This document shows, piece by piece, positions 11,471 through 21,839 of a stretch of 64,000 bases of DNA. Every line of letters begins with the position of its first letter. Within the stretch, counting starts at the first letter, position 1. Source of the stretch: Mycobacteriales bacterium (GTDB taxonomy: Bacteria; Actinomycetota; Actinomycetes; Mycobacteriales; QHCE01); assembly GCA_013362805.1 (NCBI GenBank), contig JABFVL010000032.1, positions 22,050 through 86,049 of the forward strand. Direction: 5' to 3'. Below the pieces are notes generated by a model. The model was not told where the DNA came from and did no database searches. It saw only the letters and a list, made by a program, of their open reading frames with translations. The position numbers were made by a program, and so were the translations under genes.

Positions 11471-12256
11471 CTAGCCGAGATAGTCCTCGAGAAGAGCTGG
11501 AGTCAACCCAGAGTCATAGATGGCCTGAAGGGTAGCCAAAATATCGCCAACAATGGCATCGCGGAAATGTAGAAGAATAATGTCTCCAGCTAGAACCTTC
11601 TTCTCCGGAGTTTGATAGTAAACATTGCCATCCGTCACGGACTGAGTCCAATAAAGGACCGCTTTTATCCCGCAATCCCGGGCGGCACGCAGGGTGGTTT
11701 TGTCGTATTCACCGTACGGCGGACGAAATAGCGTCGGACGTTTACCCATCATTTGTTCGAGTGCATCAACAGAGCCACAAATTTCTGCCTTTTGCGCTTC
11801 ATAAGAAAGTCCACGAAGTTTAATGTGATTTACCGAATGCGCTTCTATGGGCATGCCATCGTCTTTAAGTCGCTCGAAATAAGCGGGATCTTCAGCCGCG
11901 ATTTTTGAAACAAGAAAAGCTGAAGCCGGAGTATTAGGAGCTCGAAACAGTTCGTGGGCCTCTGGCAAACGCTTGTTGCCATCGTCAATGGTTATGAAAG
12001 CCACCTTATGGTTGGTGGGAACCCGCTTAATAAGTGGTGCGTGAACGCCATCATCGGGCAGCACCACACGCTCTGGCAGCGGAGCGCGCCGAAACGGCGG
12101 AATCTGAGCAGCATAAGCATTCGGTGGCGCCGCCATCCGTTCGACTTTGGGCGTCGAGCGCTGTTCGGGTTCAGCCTGAGCCCGCGGCTCTTTCCCACCA
12201 CAGGCCGAAACCGCGAACAAAAAGAGCAACGAGATAATCGCCAACAGCTTTCTCAC
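11471..12256 (-). CDS. polysaccharide deacetylase (CE4) lipoprotein
   Basis: Lipobox VSAC; motifs TIDDG, HSVNH, FRPPYG, IILLH; start moved to GTG 12256. Confidence 0.9.
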   Translation of the reverse strand: MRKLLAIISLLFLFAVSACGGKEPRAQAEPEQRSTPKVERMAAPPNAYAAQIPPFRRAPLPERVVLPDDGVHAPLIKRVPTNHKVAFITIDDGNKRLPEAHELFRAPNTPASAFLVSKIAAEDPAYFERLKDDGMPIEAHSVNHIKLRGLSYEAQKAEICGSVDALEQMMGKRPTLFRPPYGEYDKTTLRAARDCGIKAVLYWTQSVTDGNVYYQTPEKKVLAGDIILLHFRDAIVGDILATLQAIYDSGLTPALLEDYLG

Positions 12257-12383
12257 AGCGGGCACTGTACCGGGCCAGTTAAAATTCCAGGCTGTCTCAC
12301 ATCCCGGAGTTTCCAACGCATCGGCAAAACACGTCTCGTGGTGTGAAATGGATGGAGAAAGAGAGACGCGCGAAAGTTCAGGA

Positions 12384-13232
12384 CTAGTGCGGCAACCAAA
12401 ACTCATCCGGACCTGTTTCGCTGGCGAGGCCATCAGCTACCAAACTTTCCAGAGCCGCGGCCCCTTGTTTCTGGTCTGGCCACTGTCGTAGCAGCTCCTC
12501 ACGTGGCACCGGGGCATTGGCGTTTCGGAGCACCCCAAGCAACCGCCCTCTTGCTTGCCGATCGGTGCCCTCATAACCTTGCCGACGACGGCTACTGATG
12601 TAACTCGGGCGCCCAAGGCGGTGCCACTCACAACCCGACACGATAGGACACTCGGCACACCTCGGCTTCTGACTCGTGCACACAGTGGCACCGAGTTCCA
12701 TTACGGCCGCTGCGAACAGCGGAGCATCTCGCTCTGGTAAAAAGCTCTCCATCAGAGCGAAGTCAGCCTTCGTGGTTGCCGGGCCCGCGTCCCCATAGCC
12801 GCTGAGTGCTCTAGCCAAAACTCGGCGCACATTCACATCGACTGGAGCCGCTCGTTTCCCAAACGCGAAAGCCGCAACCGCTCGTGCTGTATACGCGCCC
12901 ACGCCGGGAAGCTTTTCGAGCTCCTCCACTGTGCTAGGCACCGAACCAGCATGCTCATCGGTGATCTTTCGCGCACAAGCATGTAGACGCAACGCGCGTC
13001 GAGGGTAACCGAGTCTGTCCCATTGGCGCACGGCTTCAGCGGGCGAATCTGAGGCTAAAGCAGCAGGCGTAGGCCAGAGTTCAAGCCAACGCCGATAGGC
13101 CGGAAGCACGCGGACAACTGGGGTTTGTTGCAGCATTATTTCGCTCACCAGAATTGCCCACGGGCTGACGTCTGGCTCGCGCCACGGTAGTTCTCGGGCA
13201 TGTTCCCGGTACCAAGGGATGAGAGCGTCCAC
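12384..13232 (-). CDS. mutY: A/G-specific adenine glycosylase
   Basis: ELPWR, VSEIMLQQT, LGYPRRA, HhH LPGVGAYTA, 4Fe-4S motif C-x6-C-x2-C-x5-C; probable leaderless GTG 13232 (GACAAT 7 nt upstream). Confidence 0.93.
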   Translation of the reverse strand: MDALIPWYREHARELPWREPDVSPWAILVSEIMLQQTPVVRVLPAYRRWLELWPTPAALASDSPAEAVRQWDRLGYPRRALRLHACARKITDEHAGSVPSTVEELEKLPGVGAYTARAVAAFAFGKRAAPVDVNVRRVLARALSGYGDAGPATTKADFALMESFLPERDAPLFAAAVMELGATVCTSQKPRCAECPIVSGCEWHRLGRPSYISSRRRQGYEGTDRQARGRLLGVLRNANAPVPREELLRQWPDQKQGAAALESLVADGLASETGPDEFWLPH

Positions 13233-13248
13233 GGCGCTTATTGTCCCC

Positions 13249-13336
13249 GGTGCGGTGGTGCGGTGGTGCGGTGGTGCGGTGGTGCGGTGGTGCGGTGGTG
13301 CGGTGGTGCGGTGGTGCGGTGGTGCGGTGGTGCGGT
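13249..13336. repeat. perfect tandem repeat (GGTGCGGT)x11
   Basis: 88 bp of uninterrupted 8-bp units, counted directly. Confidence 0.97.
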
Positions 13337-13435
13337 GTGCCTTCGTGGTTTTGCGGCGAGCACCCGTTACTCTGACAGGTGCACTGTCCTTACCCGTGGT
13401 GAATGCGGGAGCACTCGGACGATGAGGCAAGGCGC

Positions 13436-14158
13436 ATGAAGCCAACGTTGAACACAAAACCCGTCGGGCCGTTGTCGCCCACCATTTACTGGCGACGCAG
13501 AGCGATTGTTGTGGCACTCGGAGTTTTCCTCTTGGTTGCGGTGCTTACCGCGGTGGCTTTCGCCGGTGGCGATTCTAAAGAGAACGATAAAGAAGCCACT
13601 GTCCAAAAAGCTGGCCAAACGGTGCCTAAGATCCAAGATGGAAGTAAAGAGCATCCTTTCTATCCTGTTCCTGGTCCGTCTCCTGATGCTTCGAATTCTG
13701 AACCAGCGCCAGAAGCACAACAACCGCCCTCCCAAGAATCCGCGGCTCCGGTGGTGACCCCAACAGGTCCAACGATCTGCGCTGATGGAGATCTAAAAAT
13801 CGAGGTTGTCCCGGCGCACACGAACTACCCAGTGGGTTCCAGGCTCAAAATCAAACTGGTTATCACCAATACATCGGCTGGCGAGTGTGTACGTGACATT
13901 GGCGCGGGCGCGCAAGAAGTGTGGGCTAACGGCGGCAACGACCGAGTGTGGTCCACTGACCATTGCTCAGCGGATCGTTCCACTCAAGAAAGCCCGATAG
14001 CCGCGGGAGAGTCGTTGTCCTACTGGGTCGTGTGGGATGGCCTCACGAGCGCGGAAGGATGTACCGGGGCTGGCACCAAAGTTTCCCCAGGTGACTACCA
14101 GCTACAGGGGCGGCTCGGATCGGCAACCAGTGAACCCGTCACGGTGTCCCTGAAATAG
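13436..14158 (+). CDS. membrane-anchored exported protein (Rv3587c-like)
   Basis: PVGPL.P.IYWRRR followed by a TM helix and an Ig-like Cys-containing domain (VWSTDHC, PGDYQL.GRLG); usual position between disA and mutY. Confidence 0.75.
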   Translation: MKPTLNTKPVGPLSPTIYWRRRAIVVALGVFLLVAVLTAVAFAGGDSKENDKEATVQKAGQTVPKIQDGSKEHPFYPVPGPSPDASNSEPAPEAQQPPSQESAAPVVTPTGPTICADGDLKIEVVPAHTNYPVGSRLKIKLVITNTSAGECVRDIGAGAQEVWANGGNDRVWSTDHCSADRSTQESPIAAGESLSYWVVWDGLTSAEGCTGAGTKVSPGDYQLQGRLGSATSEPVTVSLK

Positions 14159-14177
14159 GGTCCGCGACACCCCGCAC

Positions 14178-15305
14178 TTAGCCGAACCGTTCAGCTATCG
14201 ACACCTCGGCGAGGCGCGACAGGCCCTCTCGAACGTTTCGGGCACGGGTTTCACCGACGCCGTCAACCACAAGAAGCTCGTCGATGCCGGCGGCAAGGAG
14301 TTTCTGCAGACTCGCGAAATGATCAACGAGCCGTTCGACAACCACAGGTGGCAGCCGCGGAACTTTTGAAAGCAGCCGGTAGCCACGAGGAGTGGCTGGA
14401 ACATCAAGCGCGTCCCCTAGAGCTGGGTATTCCAAAGTGCGCGCGATCAACGCTAGATCAATAAGGTCGGTGGCTGAGAGTTCATCGACACGAGCGAGCG
14501 CGGCGGTGACTTGCTCCGTGGTGGGGGAGTTTTGTCCATCAGCGGGCAAGTAGTCTCGAGCGACCAGGGCGCGATCGGTATCTACTCCGGCCATCAGCTC
14601 TTCGAGTTGCAAGGCGAGAAGCCGACCGTCTGAACCCAGCTCCACCACGTAGCCGGCGATTTCGTCGGCGATCCGGCCGACCATTTCGAGACGTTGCACG
14701 ACGGCGGCGACGTCTCGTACCAGCACGAGGTCTTCAATTTCCAGCGCTGACAGATTTGTCGTTACTTCATCGAGGCGTTTGCGATAGCGCTCAAGGGTGG
14801 CCAAAGCTTGGTTTGCTCGAGAAAGCAACGTCCCGGAATCGTGGAGAAGATAGCGGGAACCGCCGACATACAACCCAATGATGTTCATGGATTGGCTGAC
14901 GGAAATGACCGGGTGGCCGGTTTGTTTGGCGACACGTTCCGCGGTGCGGTGGCGGGTGCCCGATTCTTCGGTGGGAATATTCGGATCTGGCATGAGATGC
15001 ACGCCGGCTCGGACAATGCGTTGCCCGTCGGTGGAGATGACGATGGCGCCATCCATTTTCGCCAGCTCCCTGACGCTGGTGGAGGAAAACTCCACGTCGA
15101 GAGGGAATCCACCCGTGCATAGCGCTTCGACGGCGGCGTCGTATCCGAACACGATCAGGCCGCCGGTGTGGCCACGGAGGATGCGTTCAAGGCCGTCACG
15201 AAGGGCGGTGCCTGGTGCCACTAGCGCCAGGGTTTGCCGCAGCTTGTCACCGGTGTCGGTAACCACCTGCTCTACTCCCTTACGCTGGTCAACTGTCGGT
15301 GTCAT
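14178..15305 (-). CDS. disA: DNA integrity scanning diadenylate cyclase
   Basis: RELAKMDGA, ESGTRHRTAER, C-terminal HhH VDGVGETRA. Confidence 0.96.
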   Translation of the reverse strand: MTPTVDQRKGVEQVVTDTGDKLRQTLALVAPGTALRDGLERILRGHTGGLIVFGYDAAVEALCTGGFPLDVEFSSTSVRELAKMDGAIVISTDGQRIVRAGVHLMPDPNIPTEESGTRHRTAERVAKQTGHPVISVSQSMNIIGLYVGGSRYLLHDSGTLLSRANQALATLERYRKRLDEVTTNLSALEIEDLVLVRDVAAVVQRLEMVGRIADEIAGYVVELGSDGRLLALQLEELMAGVDTDRALVARDYLPADGQNSPTTEQVTAALARVDELSATDLIDLALIARTLEYPALGDALDVPATPRGYRLLSKVPRLPPVVVERLVDHFASLQKLLAAGIDELLVVDGVGETRARNVREGLSRLAEVSIAERFG

Positions 15306-15325
15306 GTCAGTGTAAAACTTGGCGG

Positions 15326-15733
15326 CTATTTTGCTGCTAAGGCGTCCACTATCTTGCTCATGACGCTTTGCCAGTGGGTGCGCTGTCTTTCGCGTTCACG
15401 TGAATCAGCGAGCCACTCTTGATGAAATCTGATTGTGGTTCCTGTTGCGGACGGGGTGGTGGTGATCTGAAGTGTCGTACTGTGGTCCCACCCAGCGGGT
15501 GTACAGGTCATTCTGATTTTTTCGCCCTCGTGATAACTGCGTATTTCACCAGTTGTGCCATCGTGGGTGGTGTAAACCTTCCCCTTTTCACGGCCAATAT
15601 CCGCCCCTTCGCCGAGCCACACAGCAATACCCGCGGGGCTGGTGAGGAAGCTCCACACTTCAGCGGCGGGATAGGGGACAGTTTTAGAAACCCCGATGTT
15701 GAAGCCAACATCTTTTGTTTCGCCTACAACCAT
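15326..15733 (-). CDS. SRPBCC/AHSA1-like domain protein
   Basis: VWSFLTSPAGIAVW, TTIRFHQEWL...HW pattern. Confidence 0.75.
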   Translation of the reverse strand: MVVGETKDVGFNIGVSKTVPYPAAEVWSFLTSPAGIAVWLGEGADIGREKGKVYTTHDGTTGEIRSYHEGEKIRMTCTPAGWDHSTTLQITTTPSATGTTIRFHQEWLADSRERERQRTHWQSVMSKIVDALAAK

Positions 15734-15741
15734 GTCCGCTC

Positions 15742-17103
15742 CTAAAGTCGGCTGAACGCTTCACGCACTTCGCTGATTTCAATGAGCTCTATGCCAGCTG
15801 GTATGGGGTCACCGGGGTGACGCCAGTCAGCTGGCACCAGGGCTCGTTTGAACCCGAGTCGGGCGGCTTCTGCGAGCCGGCGGCCCGTTCCAGTGACTTT
15901 ACGAACATCCCCAGACAAGCCAACTTCACCGATTGCCACGACGGAATCTGGCACGGCTACATCTTTTGCGGCGGAAGCTACCGCCAAGCATACTGCCAGG
16001 TCAGCGGCGGGTTCAGTGATACGTGCGCCACCTACGGTGGCGACAAAAACGTCTCGCTCGCCCAATCGCACTCGACCACGTCGTTCAGTGACCGCCAAGA
16101 TCATGGCGACACGGGCGTTGTCGAGCCCGCTTACCGCGCGGCGGGGAGTGGCTAGCGAAGATGAGGCCACCAAAGCTTGTAGCTCGGAGACCAGCGGGCG
16201 TCGACCTTCCAGTGTCACGGTGATTGCCGTGCCTGGCACCGAGGTGGCGTTTCGGCTGGTAAACAGGCCCGATGGGTCGGCTAGTCCACGAATGCCTCCG
16301 TCGAACATTTCAAAGCATCCGATTTCGTCAGCGGGACCGAATCGGTTTTTCACGGCTCGGACGAGGCGCAACGCCGCGTGTCGATCTCCTTCGAAGTGCA
16401 GCACGACATCGACGAGATGTTCTAGGACGCGGGGCCCGGCGATGCCGCCATCTTTGGTGACATGGCCGACCAGCACAGTGGCGATGCCTCGAGATTTGGC
16501 GATAGCTATGAGGGAAGCGGCGACGGCGCGCACTTGAGTGACGCCACCGGCCGCGCCGTCGATGGCGCTTGAGCTGATGGTTTGAACGGAGTCAATGATC
16601 AGCAAACCGGGGTTTACCGCATCGACATGGGTTATGAGCGCTGCCAGATCGGTTTCAGCCGCTAGATAGAGGCGATCGTGCAGGGCGCCGGTGCGTTCGG
16701 CGCGCAAACGCACTTGGGCCGCGGACTCTTCTCCGGTGACTATCAGCGCGGCCTTGTTGTGCGCGTAACGGTGTGCCACTTCGAGTAGCAGGGTGGATTT
16801 TCCCACTCCGGGTTCGCCGGCGAGCAGGATCACCGCTCCGGGAACGAGCCCGCCCCCGAGGACTCTGTCGAGTTCTTCCACTCCGGTGGGGTGGGCTGTG
16901 GCGGCTTCTACGCTGATTTGACTTATCGGCACCGCGGGCGCGCTGACTGGGCCAGGCGCGACAGATATCGCTCTGACCGCGGCGGGCTCCTCAAGAGTGC
17001 CCCAGGCTTGGCATTCTGGGCAGCGTCCTACCCATTTCGGTGCGGCATAGCCGCATTCGGTGCAGCGAAACCCGGGACGTTCTTTTGTGGAGCTTTTTGC
17101 CAT
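15742..17103 (-). CDS. radA: DNA repair protein RadA/Sms
   Basis: C4 zinc finger, GEPGVGKST, KNRFG, GEVGLSG. Confidence 0.97.
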   Translation of the reverse strand: MAKSSTKERPGFRCTECGYAAPKWVGRCPECQAWGTLEEPAAVRAISVAPGPVSAPAVPISQISVEAATAHPTGVEELDRVLGGGLVPGAVILLAGEPGVGKSTLLLEVAHRYAHNKAALIVTGEESAAQVRLRAERTGALHDRLYLAAETDLAALITHVDAVNPGLLIIDSVQTISSSAIDGAAGGVTQVRAVAASLIAIAKSRGIATVLVGHVTKDGGIAGPRVLEHLVDVVLHFEGDRHAALRLVRAVKNRFGPADEIGCFEMFDGGIRGLADPSGLFTSRNATSVPGTAITVTLEGRRPLVSELQALVASSSLATPRRAVSGLDNARVAMILAVTERRGRVRLGERDVFVATVGGARITEPAADLAVCLAVASAAKDVAVPDSVVAIGEVGLSGDVRKVTGTGRRLAEAARLGFKRALVPADWRHPGDPIPAGIELIEISEVREAFSRL

Positions 17104-17140
17104 GCGGGCAGCCTAGGCGAGACAACCGACAGTTTGTCGC

Positions 17141-17869
17141 TTAGTGCTCGGCTTCTTCTTCGTGCTTAAGCGGCTCACGCTCGCGCGGTTCGGCTGGTGG
17201 GCCAACGGGCAGCGTGAGCGTGATTTCGCCGGCTCGTTCGAATCTCAGCGTGACCGTGACGGTGTTGCCTGGGGTGAGCGCGTTTTTCGCGTCCACGAGG
17301 ACGAGGTATTGCGGGTCTTCGCCGAGCCCGTTGAGTTTGACGCGGCCTTCTGGAGCGAGTGGCACGTTGACGTCACTGAACTCTTGCGGTTCGGTAACGG
17401 GCTCGCTTGGCGAGGGGCTAGGCGACGGCGTGACACCGGGAGTCGCGCTTGGGCTCGCGCTGGGCGTCGCGGTTGGGGTGGGGGTTGCCGATGGGGTTGG
17501 GGTCGCGCCGGGCAGCTCGGTGAGCGGCAGCTTGCCCTTGGCGAGTTTGACCTCGCTGCTGCTGGTGCTGGTCGCGCCGATGAGCGCGTCGGCGACGGTG
17601 CCTTCATTTACCAGTGTCAGGCTCACAGCGATGTCGCTTCCCGCAGGCCAGGTGATTTCCGGGGAGGAGCTGACAAGGGCGTCGCGGATGGCGATGTCGC
17701 CGACGCTGGTGTTAACCCCGGGAATCGCTGAAACCTTGTGTGAGGTTTGAGTGATTTGCCCTGAACTGCAAGCGGAGAGCCCGAGCAGCCCGGCAAGTCC
17801 GATAACGACCGCGCCACTGACCGCGTAGCGGAAACGAGCCCGTGGGCCACTATGGGTCGGGGTGCTCAC
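17141..17869 (-). CDS. LpqE-like / PCu(A)C-fold lipoprotein with Pro-Thr/Ser linker
   Basis: Lipobox LSAC-SSGQITQT, VTLRFERAG; divergent from carD as in other actinobacteria. Confidence 0.7.
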   Translation of the reverse strand: MSTPTHSGPRARFRYAVSGAVVIGLAGLLGLSACSSGQITQTSHKVSAIPGVNTSVGDIAIRDALVSSSPEITWPAGSDIAVSLTLVNEGTVADALIGATSTSSSEVKLAKGKLPLTELPGATPTPSATPTPTATPSASPSATPGVTPSPSPSPSEPVTEPQEFSDVNVPLAPEGRVKLNGLGEDPQYLVLVDAKNALTPGNTVTVTLRFERAGEITLTLPVGPPAEPREREPLKHEEEAEH

Positions 17870-18179
17870 AGCTTTCCTCCTGGTGAACCGTCCTGTTGCC
17901 GCGCTCGCGGCACATGGCCTGCGCAGCTAGCGTAGTGCGCACCATTGGGTCGTGAGTGGCAAGGGTCGGCCTGCGTTGCGGTGTATTTGTTGGCACGATC
18001 ACCCAGGTGAGACGCTGAAAAGGAGATAGCACCTGTAAACGATTTTTCGCGCGCGCGGCGACACTCTGCGCGAGCCGGACATTGGACACCCGGTTGACCT
18101 GCGGTTTTGCCCCGGTGGGTGCGTCAAGTCGCTTTTGTGACGTGGTAAGATAAGCGTAGCGAAAGGGGATTTGCGACCC

Positions 18180-18662
18180 ATGACTTTCACCGTCGGCGAG
18201 ACCGTTGTGTATCCGCATCACGGGGCCGCACTTATCGAAGCAATAGAAACTCGAATCATTAAAGGCGAAGAGAGGAAATACCTCGTGCTCAGGGTTGCCC
18301 AAGGCGACCTGACGGTACGAGTGCCAGCCGATAACGCCGAAGTAGTGGGCGTTCGTGACGTGGTGGGCCAGGAAGGCTTGGACCGGGTGTTCCAGGTTCT
18401 CCGCGCTCCCCACACCGAAGAGCCCACGAACTGGTCGCGGCGCTATAAAGCCAACCTAGAAAAACTCGCCTCTGGCGACGTTAACAAGGTTGCTGAAGTA
18501 GTGCGCGACTTGTGGCGACGCGATAAAGAACGTGGCCTGTCCGCCGGCGAAAAGCGGATGCTCACCAAAGCCCGGGACATTCTTGTTGGTGAGCTCGCTC
18601 TCGCTGAGGGCACTGGCAAAGAAAATGCTGAAGAAATTCTCGACCAGGTGCTCGCTTCTTGA
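18180..18662 (+). CDS. carD: RNA polymerase-binding transcription factor CarD
   Basis: [35 protein letters not shown]. Confidence 0.97.
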   Translation: MTFTVGETVVYPHHGAALIEAIETRIIKGEERKYLVLRVAQGDLTVRVPADNAEVVGVRDVVGQEGLDRVFQVLRAPHTEEPTNWSRRYKANLEKLASGDVNKVAEVVRDLWRRDKERGLSAGEKRMLTKARDILVGELALAEGTGKENAEEILDQVLAS

Positions 18663-19378
18663 GTAAGCACCAAGCCGCATTGATTGTTGTTGCGGCGGGT
18701 AGTGGACAACGCATGGGTGGCGGGGTGCCGAAAGCACTCCGCCACCTTTGTGCTGAGCCGCTTCTCACGCATGCTTTGCGTGAAGCGTTTCGGTCTAATC
18801 GAATCAGTGCGCTTGTGGTGGTGGGGCCTAAGGCTCATCAAGCCGAGATTTACGAGATCGTGTCTGGCCTCAAAGTAGAAACGTCGCTCGAGGCGTTGTG
18901 GACACAGGTTGTTCCTGGCGGTCGCACTCGCACGGAATCGGTGACGGCGGGTCTTGCGGCACTGCGTGAACGAGCGGAAGAACACATTCTTGTTCACGAC
19001 GCCGCTCGGGCGCTTGCCCCCGCTCACCTGTTTGGCGAAGTTATCGATGCGCTCCGCTCAGATGTGGACGCTGTGGTGCCAGCGCTCCCCGTAGTGGACA
19101 CAATCAAGCAGGTGGACAGCAATGGACACGTGATGGGCACTGTGGATCGAAATCCGTTGCGTGCGATTCAAACCCCCCAGGGATTTACTCGAACCATGCT
19201 GGAAAGGGTCCATGCTTGTGCGGTTGAGACAACCGACGATGCGGCCCTAGTCGAAAAGCTCGGTGGCATAGTCGTATGCGTGTCCGGCAGTGAATTGGCG
19301 CGCAAAGTTACTACCCCGGCCGATATGGCGATCGCTGAGGCGCTGTTGAATCTGCCAGCGGAAGCGCGTGAGCGTTAA
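18659..19378 (+). CDS. ispD: 2-C-methyl-D-erythritol 4-phosphate cytidylyltransferase
   Basis: [24 protein letters not shown]. Confidence 0.94.
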   Translation: MSKHQAALIVVAAGSGQRMGGGVPKALRHLCAEPLLTHALREAFRSNRISALVVVGPKAHQAEIYEIVSGLKVETSLEALWTQVVPGGRTRTESVTAGLAALRERAEEHILVHDAARALAPAHLFGEVIDALRSDVDAVVPALPVVDTIKQVDSNGHVMGTVDRNPLRAIQTPQGFTRTMLERVHACAVETTDDAALVEKLGGIVVCVSGSELARKVTTPADMAIAEALLNLPAEARER

Positions 19379-19442
19379 ATAGTGCCCGCACTAGCGGTGG
19401 GGTGGGTGTTGAATCGCGGAAGTTTTGAGGAGTAGATCAGTC

Positions 19443-19916
19443 ATGATGCCGCGAGTCGGAATCGGCAGTGATGTGCACGCGTTTGATGAGTCGGCGCCCT
19501 GTTGGGTGGCTGGTTTGCATTGGCCGAACTCCCCGGGCTTGGCTGGGCACTCCGATGGCGATGTGGTCGCGCACGCGGCGTGTGATGCTTTGTTTTCCGC
19601 CGCGGGCTTGGGCGACATGGGTAGCAATTTTGGCACCTCGCGGCCTGAGTGGGCCGGTGCGTCCGGTCTTGCTTTTTTGACGGAAGCCGCGCGTTTGGTG
19701 CGGGAAGCTGGTTTTGAAATAGGGAATGTCGCGGTTCAGTTGATTGGGGTCAAGCCAAAAATGGGGCCGCGTCGTGGCGAAGCACAAGAAGTTCTCAGCT
19801 CTGCCGTTGGCGCCCCGGTCACGTTGAGCGCGACTACTAGCGACGGATTGGGCTTCACTGGCCGTGCTGAAGGTTTGGCCGCCATAGCCACGGCGCTCGT
19901 TTACTCGGAAAACTAG
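19443..19916 (+). CDS. ispF: 2-C-methyl-D-erythritol 2,4-cyclodiphosphate synthase
   Basis: [22 protein letters not shown]. Confidence 0.95.
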   Translation: MMPRVGIGSDVHAFDESAPCWVAGLHWPNSPGLAGHSDGDVVAHAACDALFSAAGLGDMGSNFGTSRPEWAGASGLAFLTEAARLVREAGFEIGNVAVQLIGVKPKMGPRRGEAQEVLSSAVGAPVTLSATTSDGLGFTGRAEGLAAIATALVYSEN

Positions 19917-19980
19917 CGGTAGCGCTCATGTTCGTGCAGCTCAGATGGTGTAATTGTTTTCTAGCTAACGAGGGAGCGAT

Positions 19981-20364
19981 ATGAGGTCTGCCGGTGCGTT
20001 GAGCCAGGGAAGCGCGGCGAGCGAACATTTAGGTGTTTATGGCAATGCTCAGCTGGTGCCCGGCAGTGCGGCCGCGAAAAAGATGGACGAACGGCTTCGG
20101 TTCGAAACTCGAGAGGCAATTCAGTCCTCAGTGACGGCTTTCACGAAAAAATACGGCAAGCGTATTTCTTCTGGCGCGTTGCTCTTAGCGAAAGCGCTTC
20201 CACCGACGTATCGTCCGATCGCGACGACGGTTGCGGCGGGTGTCTCAGTTGCGGTGCGGCATCCCGAGGTCGTTGGGAAGGCTGCGGCTTTGGCTATCGA
20301 TCAGGTGGGTCAGGGTTTCGACAAATTTCAAAATTGGCGAGCGTCCAGAGGGGCGAAAAGATAA
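19981..20364 (+). CDS. orphan hypothetical protein, 127 aa
   Basis: GAGGGAG RBS plus ATG; fills an intergenic gap; no recognised motif. Confidence 0.55.
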   Translation: MRSAGALSQGSAASEHLGVYGNAQLVPGSAAAKKMDERLRFETREAIQSSVTAFTKKYGKRISSGALLLAKALPPTYRPIATTVAAGVSVAVRHPEVVGKAAALAIDQVGQGFDKFQNWRASRGAKR

Positions 20365-20522
20365 CCCGGCCGCGATTACGATGCGGCTCTGGCTAAAAAT
20401 TCTCCAAGGCGTGATCGGTTCTAGGTGCAGTAGTTTCGCGCTTTGGCGTGATCACCGCCATCGCTCACCCGATTGGGTGGCCGACGGCCAGTGAGTCATT
20501 ACTCAATGTGACAATTTTTGGC

Positions 20523-21797
20523 ATGGGTTTCTCGGAATCGCGATTAGGCTTGCCGCGTTTAGGTCAGCATCTGCTCTACGCCACGGTGGTAAACGCGCTG
20601 GGAGCGGGGTTTACCGCCCCCTTTCTTTTGATTTATTTGCATTCCATTCACGGCTTCTCATTAAAAGGCGCGGGCGCGGTTCTAGCATTGGGCGGAGCGG
20701 CAGCCATGTTGCTCGGGCCCATAGCCGGAAGTGCGATCGACCGATTTGGCGCCAAGGCGGTGTACTTGGTCGTCATGCCCCTGCGTGCCGCTGCCGCGGG
20801 TTTGCTCATAGTCATGGATCGGCCCTGGCACGCTTTCATCGCCATCGCGTTAGACGCCAGTGCTAACACCGCCGCTTGGTCCTCAATGAGCGCCATGTTG
20901 ACCGGCGTCACCACGCCTGAGCAGCGACAACGAGTGTTCAGCTTCCAATTCATGATTCTTAACGCCGGAATTGGTCTCGGTGGAGTCGCCAGCGGATTCA
21001 TCGCCGATCTGAAGCACCCTGATACCTTCGCCATCTTGTTTGGCATCGATGGAATTAGTTTTTTGTGCGCAGTCGCCATCGTCGCGACACTGCCAGTCGG
21101 AAAACGGATCATCGCGACGGCGAAGGAAGAGCTCGCCGGGGATACCTGGTTAACGGTGCTGAAAGACCGCACCATGTGGTGGATTGTGCTCGCTGTTTTC
21201 GTAGTCGCGGGAATGGGCTATGCCCAACTCGACTCCGGGGCCGTGGCATTCTCTACCCAGGTCAGTGACGTTTCCATTCGGGTGCTTGGCTTCGCTTTCG
21301 CGGCCAACACTAGCGTGATTGTGTTGGGCCAGCTCGTCGCTTTACGAGCTATGCGGGGCCGACCTCGCACCTTGGGTATCGCTTTGTTCGGCATTTTCGC
21401 GATGGCTGCATTCACGTTGCTTGGCTTGAGCAGTGTGGTCGGACCTACTTTCGCGTCGGTCCTGGTTATCTCGTGCGCTGGGGTGTTCGCCCTGGGTGAG
21501 ACCCTCTGGTCGCCCACGATCAACTCGCTGATCAGCGAGATCGCACCAGCGAATTTGCGTGGTCGGTATCTGTCATTTAACTCGGTGATGTGGAGCGGCG
21601 CGATGATGATCGGTCCACTGATCGCCGGCGTGATGCTGGACCCAGGGTGGAACTGGCCGTACATCGGCGTCATTGTCGTGGGCGCCGCGCTCTTGATTCC
21701 GATCGCGCACCACATTAAGCGCCGACTCACCCCGCAACAAAATGGCTTGTCGCCCGTTGTAACCCCAACTGAGGAAACGGTGACGCTACGCGCTTAA
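20523..21797 (+). CDS. MFS transporter
   Basis: About 12 hydrophobic segments; GSAIDRFG motif A; APANLRGRY. Confidence 0.9.
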   Translation: MGFSESRLGLPRLGQHLLYATVVNALGAGFTAPFLLIYLHSIHGFSLKGAGAVLALGGAAAMLLGPIAGSAIDRFGAKAVYLVVMPLRAAAAGLLIVMDRPWHAFIAIALDASANTAAWSSMSAMLTGVTTPEQRQRVFSFQFMILNAGIGLGGVASGFIADLKHPDTFAILFGIDGISFLCAVAIVATLPVGKRIIATAKEELAGDTWLTVLKDRTMWWIVLAVFVVAGMGYAQLDSGAVAFSTQVSDVSIRVLGFAFAANTSVIVLGQLVALRAMRGRPRTLGIALFGIFAMAAFTLLGLSSVVGPTFASVLVISCAGVFALGETLWSPTINSLISEIAPANLRGRYLSFNSVMWSGAMMIGPLIAGVMLDPGWNWPYIGVIVVGAALLIPIAHHIKRRLTPQQNGLSPVVTPTEETVTLRA

Positions 21798-21839
21798 GTC
21801 AGTGTTCGTTGAGGTTACGGCCGGGCGCACTGACCCGCG

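Noticed and set aside
13249-13336. Possible CRISPR array
   Set aside because: Contiguous 8-bp units with no spacers and no cas genes.
13200-13517. Repetitive ORFs (HRTTAPPH, VVRWCGGA) and the long N-terminal extension of MutY
   Set aside because: They are translations of the 8-bp DNA repeat. MutY homology begins at about 13232.
17395-17510. Pro-Thr/Ser repeats in the LpqE-like and TED proteins
   Set aside because: Ordinary low-complexity linkers of surface proteins.
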